A stretch of DNA of 64,000 bases from assembly GCF_021869535.1 (NCBI RefSeq), contig NW_026262745.1:70742001-70806000 (forward strand), given 5' to 3'. The notes under the pieces were generated by a model. The model saw only the letters and a program-made list of their open reading frames with translations, did no database searches and was not told the origin of the DNA. This DNA comes from Mytilus californianus. Taxonomy: Eukaryota. Position numbers and translations under genes: made by a program. Position 1 is the stretch's first letter, and each line of letters begins with the position of its first letter. Positions 37,601 through 48,943 of the stretch are shown here, one piece after another.

Positions 37601-40600
37601 CAATCACAATTTGAGGTTGAGGGCTGTACATCCTATCAAAATATAAGTACCTCTATGACAATTGAGCCTCCTCATAGGGTTTTTGATTATGTGATTACTT
37701 GGCCGTTTTTATAGTGATTATTTGATTACCAGACCAAATATTTCATGATTATTTGATTATTTGATAATCCAGGACTGTATTTTTGATTATTTGATTATCT
37801 GTTTAAAAAAGTGATTAATGACTATGTGATTATATTGGCAAAAAAATTGTGATTATGTGATTACTTGGACACCCTCATGAGGGGCCTCACAAATGGAGAT
37901 TGAACACTGCATTCTGTCACACTACTATAGTGCACACATCACAGTTGGTATCAAACTATCAGTGCCAAAATCAAAGTTTGAAAATGAGGACTGTACTCTA
38001 TTCGAGCCTCTTTGAATCTGTCAAAATACAGTCATGGTTTGGGAAACATCAATGGACTGAATAGCACACTGGAAAAGGGAGCACTTTCTCAGGAGCAGGA
38101 ATTCATAGGACTTATGAAGCAAAAAACGTTTATTTTAGAATCAGAAGTGTGAACTCAAAATACAAGATGTAGATTTTGAAAACTGTATGAAGTTGGTAGA
38201 TGACTTGTTGAGTGAAAAACATCAGGTAATATTTGAATTTAAAGTTAATTTAAATACATTGTACTTGTAAAGAATGTATTAATTTTGCATAATGAATGAA
38301 TTACTTTAAGAAAGAGCTAATACTTTATTGTTAAATGTTAAATATAAATATGAAATATATCAGAAATAATGTATATTATGGGGTGCATTGCATTTGCACC
38401 AATTTTTACAAAATTCAATCAAACATTTGCGCTGCAAGGTTACATTTCATTTAAGCCAAATATAAAAACTACATTTGCGCCATTTTACAAGTTACATATA
38501 AAGGAAAAGTTAAAATATGCATTGCTATATCGTGAATAAGATTTTTTTCAGAGTATTCCCCCTGGGTAACTTCGTGAGTTCATACTCATTTCTAATATAA
38601 AACAGAGAGTCACTTAGGTTTAAATTTATATAGTGTTCATATGTTTGAGGTGTCAAGATGGACATTGTTAATTCTGAGACAAACAGACCATTTGCTCAAT
38701 TGAATTGTTCCATATTTTTCATTTTGCTTACGAGTATTTTGTCAGAACAAACTTTTGGTTTTACTCCAGTGTTCCTGTATAGTGCTTTCTTTAAAGATTT
38801 ATGATCACGTTTATTTATAACAGAACTGTGTTTTAACATTATATAATATGAAAAATCTCTTTTCAATAACGTATCAGTGTATAGAGCTTTCATTATGGTT
38901 ATGATGACTGGTTTCAGATTAATAGTTTTATTATGCTATCAAACTGTGTGTTAAAGTTATTATAAAAAGTCTCTTTTGAATTAAACATTTTTTTATACTA
39001 TTTACCTGTATCATAGGTGCAAATGAAATTTTTTATGTTTAGTGCAAATGAAATATGGTTTGTGGCGCAAATGAAAGAATTTTTTGGTGCAAATGAAATG
39101 CCAATTGGAGCAAAAACAAAGCACTAATATAATGCATCATATGATTTTTTTTGTATTTGATAAAAAAACTGTAAACTAAAGCAATTCAACACACAGTTAT
39201 TTTTTTACAATGTTTACACTGAACAATGTTTTAGCAGAAAAAAGTGATCAGATATTAACATTTTCATTTTTGTTTTGTTTATTTTGTATATTATTTTGTT
39301 AGCAATGGTTAGTTACACATTTTGTTGTATATTTTAGAGTTATATGTGGCCATTCTACCAACCAGTGGACCCAATAGCCTTAGGCCTCTATGATTACTTT
39401 GAGATAGTCAAGAAACCAATGGATCTCAGTGCAATAAAGGTGAGAGTAATAAACAAAAACAAGTGCTTTAATATGAACATATATGAGAGAAATAAAGTGT
39501 TATGGTGTAACACCACTAATTTGGGCCCATTCAGGAAGCACATACCAGAAAGTAGTACATATTTAACACAAAATAGTTCCTAGGGATGGGTGTAACTTTC
39601 AAAATATGTAGAATATTTAGGTAATTTTGGTATCAAATGAAAGCAGAATGACTGGTGATCATTGTAGAACACTTTTTGACTAAAAATTTTGAATAATAAA
39701 AAAAATGCATGACATTTTAAAAAGAGGGTACATTTTACCTGTTTGTCAGATCTGAAGTACCTGTTTTGGTACATCCTAAGTTCTGGGAACCAGTTCTTTC
39801 TTATATGCCGTTAAAGGTATGTTGATTTTTTTCAGTAAAAGACACCATAAAAAGTTGCTTTGACATGCAATGATTGTCACTTTATTTGAAATTAAAACAA
39901 AAGAGCTGTGCCTGCTTGAAATAGAGGAATTTAACATAGAAAGCAATGGTGCCATGAATTAGTGGTGTACTTCCTTATGAGACTTTGTACAACATATTCC
40001 ATTTTAAACTAAAACATGAAATTTACTGACATATTTGATTTTGTTAACAGGTTATGTGTACTAAAAAATCATAAATAGCTATTGTAAAAATAGAAACAAA
40101 CTGGCCATAAGATGTTAATAAGTCATAATTGTGTTACCCTTACCCTGGTTAGCTTATGGTAATATACTTATTACTGTTTCAATAATATTAAACAAGGATA
40201 TTAATTTCATGGTCAAGCTGACAATCAAACTAACTTAGCTTTGATAGTTGTGTACTTTTAGATACTCTGGATTTCAGAATGCATATCTCTTTTTAATTGA
40301 ATTATTTTGTTTTTCTCATTTTTTGATTTTTGAGACCCAATATTGATATTAAGGCAAATTAAGAGTGTCTTGTGGTGTATTTTTTTTTTATAATTTACCC
40401 GACTTGGTGGTCTCTTGGTAGTGTGCCTACCTTGAGTGTTGGAGGATGTTGGTTGATCCCAAGCCGGGTCAAACCAAAGACTTGAAAATTGGTAATTGCC
40501 GGTTCTCTGCCAAACACTCAGCATTAGGCAGTAAAGGCAAAGACAGGTTAGTTTCATTTCAAAATAATCTGCACTGGAAAAGGTGACATGTCTCCTTGTG

Positions 40601-43600
40601 GACTGTAACCTTGTGAACAACCACGTTGAAAATTCAGCTCATCTTGTAAACCAAGTACAAAGCAGGGTTAATATTTAAATCACATTAACATGTTCCGGTC
40701 CTGAATATGCATTTAATTTGCCACTGGACGTTAAAAAGCCATCATCATCCTTTTTATACGACTGAAAAAAAATTTTGCGGTCGTATATTGGTATGACGTT
40801 GGCGTCGTCGTCGTCGTCCGAAGACTCATTGGTTTCCGCACATATAACTTTAGTTTAAGTGAATGGATTTCTATGAAATTTTACCATAAGGTTCAATACC
40901 ACAAAAGGAAGGTTGGGATTGATTTTGGGGGTTATGGTACCAACAGTTAAGGAATTAGGGGCCAAAAAGAAGCATTTTTCTAGTTTCCAGACAATCACTT
41001 GTGGATGGTGTATGGATCTCTCTGAAATTATACCACAAGTTTCCATACCACAAAGGGATGGTTAGGATGTCCTTTGGGGGGTTATGGCTCAAACCGTTTA
41101 GAAATTAGGGGCAAAAAAGGGGGAAAACAAAGGTGTCCTGGTTAATGGACAAAAACTTTAGTACAAAACAATAATTTAAAGCAGTGTAAGGGAGGTAAAT
41201 CAAATACATCATTTGAATTACCCCCCTTACACTTCTTTTAAATTATGTATAAAGTAATGATTAATGAACTATTAAGACAATTTAAAAGCAGTGTAAGGGA
41301 GGTAAACCAGATACGTTTTGATTACCTCCCTTGCAATGCTTTTGAATTATGTTTAAAGAAATGCATATTTAGAAAGGAAGGCCAGTAAAAATATCTGCAA
41401 ATGTTGCATCTATTTTTTTTTTACAAAAAATCCATATGAAAGATTTATTAGGGGGGTAAAAAGAAATTGTGGGGGGGTCATTTTTTTCTCATTTCAGATT
41501 TCAGAAATTAAATTCTTCAAATATAATTGTTTCCAAAAAAAAGGGGGGGGGGGGGGGGGGGGGGTTAATACGCAACAGCATAGTGTATTGCACAAAAGCA
41601 AAAAAAAAAGAGGGGGGTAATTTTTTTATTTTTTTTGTGGGGGGAGGGGGGATCAATTCGCAACAGCAAAGTGTATTGCATAAATATAAATTCAAATCAT
41701 ATAACCAATTCTAAGTTCTTTGACTACAGTTATTCTGTTTCAGAAACCTTTTATATGTCAAATATTTAATTACAATCCAAATTCAGACCTGTATCAAGCG
41801 CGAATATTGCGTCCATTTTTGCCCCAACTGTTCAGGGTTGGACCTCTTAGGTCGTATCCAGCTGCGCTCGGCAAAGCAATTTATTTATCATTAATTATTT
41901 GACCATGTTTTTTTTCAGAATAATTTAGAATGTTGTCTATACAAATCAGTAGATGAATTTAGTGGTGACATGCAACAGCTCTACCAAAACTGCTTTCTAT
42001 ACAGTGAACCAGATACTGAGATTTATAGGATGGCAAAACAGTTAGAAGAATACTTTGAGAAGGCAATGGAAACAACCAAAAGTGATGAACCAGTGGGAAT
42101 GGATTCACCTGCTGAAAATTCTTCTTCAGGAAAGGAAATGGCTTCAGCAATGGAAAATTTACAACTGGAGGTGAATTACGATTCACAGTGGCGTTGTTTT
42201 TCGCACAGTTTTGATTAAGTGTTATTATATTTAAATAAATGTTTACACCGATTTATTCTTGGTGTTTTGACTGGTTCACAAAGTAATATACACTACAGCT
42301 GAAAAAGATTTTTGCTTTTTATTCCTGTACACAGGGGAACAGGTTGCAAAAACTGGTTGTCAAAACTTCCAATTCCTGCATACTTTCGCATTGACAATTT
42401 TGATACAAGCTTTTGTACTAACATTTCTATAAATTTAGATGAAAGGTACCAATTTGAGTGGACATTGATTGTCTGACCACTATAGACAGGTGGAATATGC
42501 AAAATTCTTGTGAGCTGTATTGGGGAAATTTTGTAGAAAGCAGGCCTCTACAATAACTTTTTTTCCAACTTGTCCAGTAGGACAAGTACATACCAAAACT
42601 TACTTGTCCGAATGAAATTGTAACTTGTCCAACAAAAATCTTAATAATAACCTTTTTTGCATTTTAAGATGATTCAAGGAACAAAATGAATTAAAACAAT
42701 AGAACAGAATTTGATTTATATCTTTTGAAATACCTTTTAAAAATATGAGTCAGAACAACTGAATCTAGTAATGTCACAAGACTTAAGTTCTAGTTTTCAT
42801 CAATGCCAAAGTCTCATTAGACTCTACACATGAGGCACCGTCTGATAGGCCTGTCAATATCCACTCATTGGATTTGTATCCTGGTTTTTTAATTTGAAAA
42901 AAGTTTATTCAAATTCAATCAATAAAAAAAAAAAGAAGATGAGGTATGATTGCCAATGAGAGTACTCTCTGCAAGAGACCAAATGACACAGAAATTAATA
43001 ACTATAGGTCACTGTATTGCAAGTATTGTTTTTTCTTCTATATATGATCAAATATGATTTGGGAATTTTATGGTAAATAATTTCTTCATTTTTATTTAAA
43101 AAATATTTTGTTAAAAAAAAATAGGGTATGGTATTTATTATAAAGCAACAGAATAAGGTAGGAAAACGAGGTTACTGATTTGTCTTGGTCCCGAAATGTC
43201 TCCTGTCTCCTGCGTTGCCAGAATGTCTATTAATCATGTTTATTAAATATGTCTCCTAGGTGCCAAACTGTCTATTAAAATTGGAGCCGAATCGTTTTGG
43301 AGCTGGTGACGAACTGTTTTGTAAAGTTACCTTCCTTATCTACAAAGAGCATCGCTGATTCGGATCAGTAAGACTGGTTTCCGAGAATAGTATGCCTTTT
43401 ACCTGTTTAAAAGTACCTGACAAAGAACCAGTTTTAAATTATCGATTGCAAGTAAACATGTCAAATTAATACTTGTGTTTATCTTCTTTTCTTGTTTTTT
43501 GTTTATAATTACTTTGTTCATCAAAGTTGGATTAAATTTATTTTCTGCTTAATAATTTAACTTGTCCCGTCGGACAAGCTTGATATAGCTTTTACTTGTC

Positions 43601-46600
43601 CGACCTTTTTAGGCAGTTAAGCTGCCTTATGCGAGCACCCTAGATTTGTGTTCTACCCAATAAATGCTGAAATACATGCCATTGTTATTATCTAGCTGGC
43701 TATTATGTTATTTATAACTAATTGTACATTTTTTTAATACTTTTATTTCTGGAATACAAAAAATATGACCAGAAAAACCTTAAATGATCGTCGAACTACC
43801 CAAAACTTTTGAAGTTGCACATAGGAAGTAGTGCTCAATAGAAATCCGTACGTAGTTTATTATCCCCTGTGCTTTTGGCTACGATGTCAAAGAACAATTG
43901 TATGAAATATTTCATCGCGGAAAATCTATATTTACAAGTCGTTTATATTTCCCAAATGGCAAAATGCGCAGGAATATTGTTCATGTACAACAAATCTCTA
44001 TGATAGAGGAAATAAAGTTATATAAGTGGGTGGTAATTTCTAACTTATCTTGCCAAATAAGGTTGTTGTTATTTTATGAATGAAACGAGGTCATGAAAAC
44101 AGATGTGGAAATCGACGTTGATGGGATGTTTTAAGTAATGTGGACAACTCGTCCCCGAGACAAGTCGGACCGAATCCACTCAAACCGTCTAAGAAGACAA
44201 CTTTGACCGTTTGTCAGATTTACTTAGGGTTTCATAAAATATTAGACTAACATGTCTAGCGGAGCCATTTATCTTTTGTTTGTGCATTGGGGTCTATTTA
44301 GGGGTATTTGGAGGGGCCTGAAGAAGGGAGGGGTTTACTATAGAACCCTATGGGATTTTATTTTTTTAAATTTTCAAATGACTATTTCTCGAAAACAGTA
44401 GGTGATAGACACATGCAGTCTTCAGTAATGAGAACAGGACAATACAAAAAATCAACCAAAATATAGGGTGAGTCCCTGGGGGTCATCCCAACCCCCTTTA
44501 ATTTGAAAATGTACTTTTATCTTGTAAACCATCGCGATCCCCACCCCTAAACAATATACATACTTGAATGGGACAATTAAAAAAATCAAATGAAAATAAT
44601 TTGGGGGAGTCCCCAGTGTCGTCCCACCCCCTCCTGTTTGAGAACTTGGAAATGGTCAAGATCCCCACCCCTAAACCATATATATTCATGTATGGGACAA
44701 TAAAACAAATCAAAAATGAAATATAGAGTGAGTCCCTGGGGTCACCCCATCCCCTCCTGTTTGAGAACTTGTAAACAGTCGAGATCCCCACCCCTAAACC
44801 ATATATATTCATGTATGGGACAATATAACAAATCAAATGAAATATATGGGGAGTCCCTGGGGTCACCCCAACCCCTCCTGTTTGAGAACTTGGAAATGGT
44901 TGAGATCCCCACCCCTAAACCATATATATTCATGTATGGGACAATAAAACAAATCAAATGAAATATAGGGGGAGTCCATGGGGACACCCCACCCCCTCTT
45001 GTTTGAGAACTTGTAAACAGTCAAGATCCCCACCCCTAAACCATATATATTCATGTATGGGACAATATAACAAATCAAATGAAATATTTGGGGTCCCTGG
45101 GGTCACCCCACCCCCTCCTGTTTGAGAACTGGGAAATTGTCGAGATCCCCACCCCTAAACCATATGTATTCATGTATGGGACAATATAACAAATCAAATG
45201 AAATATAGGGTTGAGTCCCTGGGGTCACCCCACCCCCTCCTGTTTGAGAACTTGTAAACGGTCGAGATCCCCACCCCTAAACCATATACATTCATGTATG
45301 GGACAATAAAACAAATCAAATGAAATATAGGGGGAGTCCCTAGGGACACTCCCGCCCCTCCTGTTTGAGAACTTGTAAACAGTCAAGATCCCCACCCCTA
45401 AACCATATATATTCATGTATAGGACAATATAACAAATCAAATGAAATGTATGGGGAGTTCCTCGGGTAACCCCACCCCCTCCTGTTTGAGAACTTGGAAA
45501 TGGTCGAGATCCCCACCCCTAAACCATATATATATTCATGTATGGGACAATAAAACAAATCAAATGAAATATAGGGGGAGTCCATGGGGACACCCCACCC
45601 CCTCTTGTTTGAGAACTTGTAAACAGTCAAGATCCCCACCCCTAAACCATATATATTCATGTATGGGACAATATAACAAATCAAATGAAATATTTGGGGA
45701 GTCCCTGGGGTCACCCCACCCCCTCCTGTTTTAGAACTTGGAAATTGTCGAGATCCCCACCCCTAAACCATATGTATTCATGTATGGGACAATATAACAA
45801 ATCAAATGAAATATAGGGGAGTCCCTGGGGTCACCCCACCCCCTCCTGTTTGAGAACTTGTAAACGGTCGAGATACCCACACCTAAACCATATTTATTCC
45901 TGTTCATCATTTCAAAAAGATTTGAATGACATACAGGGTCAATCTCCTTGGTGTCACATATGCATATCACTTTACCAAACCAAACCAATATGAACTGGAC
46001 TTTGCCCAATGTCAGGAGACCATGGGAATGACGATTATGGGGGCTTTGTTTGGGAGACTTCGTAACGGCATCCTGTTACAATTATTTCTTGTTTATTATA
46101 AAAAAATTTTGATCCAAAAAATGAGTCTAGATTATTGAAGTTACTTTAATTGTTTATTAAATTATTTCTGAGCCTATAATAATTTTCATTTATAACTCAT
46201 TTTAAAGAAAACATATAAATCTTTCAAGCAGTGTAAAGCCCGAGAATGTTTGACCAACTGTTTTATAATCACCTGTCATTTTATCCAAACTTGGTATGGA
46301 GTAACATCATGCACTTGGGGTTGAAGATGGGGGTCATTTACATTGATATATGAGTTGCTTTTGAAAACCTTGATGAAATTTTAATTAATTTGCCTTAATA
46401 ATCAATTCATTTAATGAACATAAATGTACAATATACGAATGATTAATGTTTGTTCTTTCAAATCTTAAAAGAAAATTGAAGCAACATTGCCACAGTTTTC
46501 ATAATTACGTTTGCCTTGGTTTTTGGTTAATTGCCTACAGCGCTTACAGTGCTTTGATTTTCCTCTGGTACCGGACAATCGGACAAGCGTTATTGTCGAG

Positions 46601-47621
46601 CCCTGGAAAGACATAACACTGCATCAATTATGGGTATTTTTCTAAATGTTAGATAATAATTACACTGTACTTTAAATTAAGGTATTTTCCATGTAAGAGT
46701 ATTTTCCTTAATTAATATTAATTTTATTTTTTTCATTCAAATCCCGAAGAGTGAATGATAAAAGAGTCATCCTATTGTCTTTCAATTTAAAATTTGCTAT
46801 TTTCTAAGCATTTCCGTTCAGTATTAATAAGAAGATGTGGTATGAGTGCCAATGAGACAACTCTCCATCCAAGTCACAATGTATAAAAAGTTAACAATTT
46901 TAGGTCTTCAAGTTCTTTATGGTTTCAATACTCTCAAATGTTTTTTTTTTTTTTTGGTTGACATAAGTCAGGAGCATATCACTAACAAAGGTTATACCAG
47001 ACACATATGTCATGCGAGATGAACTCATGTTGTCAAGTTATATATAATTAGGGCCTGTTATATATAGCTTACTCTATTGTATATGTTTACTCATTGTTGA
47101 GAGCAATACAATGATTTTTAGTTAGGGAACATAAATTCATTTAATTTGGACTCTGGTGGATAATTGTTTTGTTGGCAATCATACCACATATATATCTAAT
47201 ATGTTCATATCAGTAATAACTTTTACCATGTTTACACTTGAAACATTCTTGTTTACTTCTACATATCGTAATTAAAAAACGTTATAAACCAATCCAAAAT
47301 GGAACTGTAATTAAAATAATATCTGATACTTTTAATTTGTTTTAATATTTGATTTTTTCTTCACAGGATAACAGTATAAAAGGAGTATACCATTGGAGTG
47401 GTGATGAAAATATGACTAAATATGACATGGCTTTAGTAATGGCAGAAGTGTTCAGTCTTCCTTCAGATCATATTCAACCAGACAAAAAGCCTTCACCTGG
47501 AGCCTCTAGACCATTTAATTCTCAGCTTAGTTGTCAGAGACTGAACGACCTAGGAATAGCAAAAAATAGCCAGTTTAAAAGCAAGATTCTTAATGTATTG
47601 AAGCCATATTACAAGACATGA
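28654..47621 (+). CDS. MAT2B: Methionine adenosyltransferase 2 subunit beta (RmlD-like SDR fold); exons 28654-28837, 29680-29794, 31989-32141, 33507-33700, 47367-47621; +1 frameshift at 28678-80
   Basis: Motifs [69 protein letters not shown] and [14 protein letters not shown]. All introns are GT-AG and phase-consistent once one extra G is removed from exon 1 (~299 aa). Confidence 0.93.
31150..31625 (+). mobile_element. HINE-like non-autonomous element
   Basis: C-rich head, (gtcc)n microsatellite at ~31230 and 3' end gggggcatcatctgtgtcccatggacacatt with a gtgtcc/ggacac hairpin. Confidence 0.55.
33275..33484. mobile_element. MITE with TIR ACTGTAAATTYAGAAATTATTG (Tc1/mariner-like)
   Basis: Terminal inverted repeats actgtaaatttagaaattattg / caataatttcagaatttacagt; second copy at 47638-47833. 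Confidence 0.75.
35335..35792. mobile_element. MITE with TIR AGGTTGCAxTxTGTAAATA
   Basis: Inverted termini; an oppositely oriented homologous copy lies at 54743-55192. Confidence 0.7.
36400..37130. repeat. 50-bp minisatellite (~14 copies), decaying into related repeats to ~37980
   Basis: Unit gctgcagcttttcaaagtgtcagtgtcactatcacagctggaggtggcaa, with period 50 at 36421/36471/36521. Confidence 0.9.
37664..37888. mobile_element. ~220-bp MITE, TIR GAG(G/C)CyCCTCAT, 6-bp TSD
   Basis: Ends gagcctcctcat...atgaggggcctc with flanks acaatt/acaaat. The sister copy at 48728-48943 has a perfect ATGTAT TSD. Confidence 0.75.
38139..42170 (+). CDS. BET-like bromodomain encoded by three exons (38139-38225, 39338-39439, 41919-42170) inside MAT2B intron 4
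   Basis: Joined translation: [29 protein letters not shown]|[34 protein letters not shown]|[50 protein letters not shown]...LQLE. It has WPF and PMDL motifs, and all junctions are GT-AG phase 0. Confidence 0.88.
40390..40748 (+). mobile_element. tRNA-derived SINE (Meta-SINE-like), near full length
   Basis: tRNA-like head with gttgatcccaagccgggtcaaaccaaagac, central aaaattggtaattgccggttctctgccaaacactcagcatta, and tail tcctgaatatgcat...ttgccactggacgttaaa followed by (cat)n. Confidence 0.65.
40750..41885 (+). mobile_element. HINE-like non-autonomous element
   Basis: Head tttttatacgac...gtcgtata, (cgt)n microsatellite, G-rich interior, and 3' end ggtcgtatccagctgcgctcggcaaagca. Confidence 0.6.
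42541..46605. mobile_element. Non-autonomous TIR element with 5-bp TSD (hAT5-like), carrying a nested satellite-bearing element
   Basis: TIR CAGGCCTCTACAATAAC (42541) / GTTATTGTCGAGCCCTG (ends 46605); GAAAG on both flanks (42536-40, 46606-10); subterminal ACTTGTCC/GGACAAG repeats. Confidence 0.75.
44525..45890. repeat. ~121-bp tandem satellite array (~11 copies)
   Basis: Unit gagatccccacccctaaaccatatatattcatgtatgggacaatataacaaatcaaatgaaatataggggagtccctggggtcaccccaccccctcctgtttgagaacttgtaaacggtc. Confidence 0.95.
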
Positions 47622-47637
47622 TTTACTTTTATTTTGA

Positions 47638-47833
47638 TACTATAAGTTCAGAAATTATTGTGAGGTTTTTATTTATGCGAATAATGCGACTGGGTGAGTA
47701 TCTCAATAATATATATATAAGAAATCGCATTATGATATCTGATGCAGATTTTTCTGAAATCGAAATAATTAATCTTGCATTAGTGTCAAAATTGTAATAA
47801 TAAATGCACGCAATAATTTCTGAATTTACAGTA
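47638..47833. mobile_element. Second copy of the ACTGTAAATT-TIR MITE, immediately after the MAT2B stop codon
   Basis: tactataagttcagaaattattg ... caataatttctgaatttacagta; homologous to 33275-33484. Confidence 0.75.
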
Positions 47834-48727
47834 AGTTAAATCTAATCTGCATCACTATTACCTTCATTTTTAAGGCAAAGTTAACATATATTAGGTAAAA
47901 ATTTCAGAAATTACAACTGGTGAAGTATAAGTAGACTGTCCACTGTAGATTGGTGATTGATACAAAATTCATATCAGTCTTAGACTAAGATATTGAATTA
48001 TATTAATAGATTTTTAAACACCTTAGGTGTTTGTCAATATAAAATATAAACCAACTTAATTTTGCTGTTTTTTTGCCCTTTTCAGTTGACTTCACAACAA
48101 TTTATGTTCAGAAAATGTTAACTTTGATAAAAGAGAAAATCCTTGTTTGACAATTTTTTCACAATATGTATTAATATTATTTTTATATTTAGGGAAGTTT
48201 GAAAAACAAATTAATTTATACTTGTTCACAGTAACCTACTTGTCGAAAAAAGAGTTATGAAAATGCTAGAAGAAATGATGAAGCATTTGAAGATCAATAA
48301 ATGTGAATGTCAAAAGGAATGCTTTATTTTTAATTATATTATTTGATTTTAATTTTACTTTTTAATTTGACTTGTTTCAAGAATATTTGTTTTTGTATTA
48401 TCTGTCTTTTGCCCTTTTTGCCACTGATTATTACAAAATTAAGATATTTGTCATATGTGATTCAGGATGTTTGTTGCTTTATTGTTTGTTAGCATTATTC
48501 TTTAATCTGAAGTAGAAATAAAATGGTCATGATGGTTTTTTAATGGGGGTAAAATTCTGTTATATATATATTACTTTTACATGTTTTAGTGTGCTGATTT
48601 TCTTTTATTGATATTTGTATTGAAAATAAAGTTCCAATGTGTCATTTTTGTTTGTATGTGTTCATGTTTATGCTTTTTTCGCTTTTTGTGTTAAAATTAT
48701 CAATTTTGTGCATCCTTTATTATGTAT

Positions 48728-48943
48728 GAGCCTCCTCATGGGGTTTTTGATAATGTGATTACTTGGCCGTTTTTATAGTGATTATTTGATTACCAGACAA
48801 AATATTTCATGATTTTTTTATTATTTGATAATCTAGGACTGTATTTTATTATCTTGTTTAAAAGAATAATTAATGATTATGTGATTATATTGGCAAAAAA
48901 ATTGTGATTCTGTGATTACTTGGACACCCCCATGAGGGGCCTC
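48728..48943. mobile_element. Second copy of the GAG-TIR MITE, TSD ATGTAT
   Basis: ATGTAT at 48722-27 and 48944-49; internal gattatttgat repeats as in 37664-37888. Confidence 0.8.

Noticed and set aside
38000-38150. Open frame (…[40 protein letters not shown]) upstream of the first bromodomain exon
   Set aside because: It is out of frame with the bromodomain. It could be a longer exon with an indel, but the tttattttag acceptor explains the data without one. Left unresolved.
44498-46009. Cluster of overlapping ORFs with repeated [17 protein letters not shown] peptides
   Set aside because: These are translations of the 121-bp satellite. The unit is not a multiple of 3, so frames rotate.
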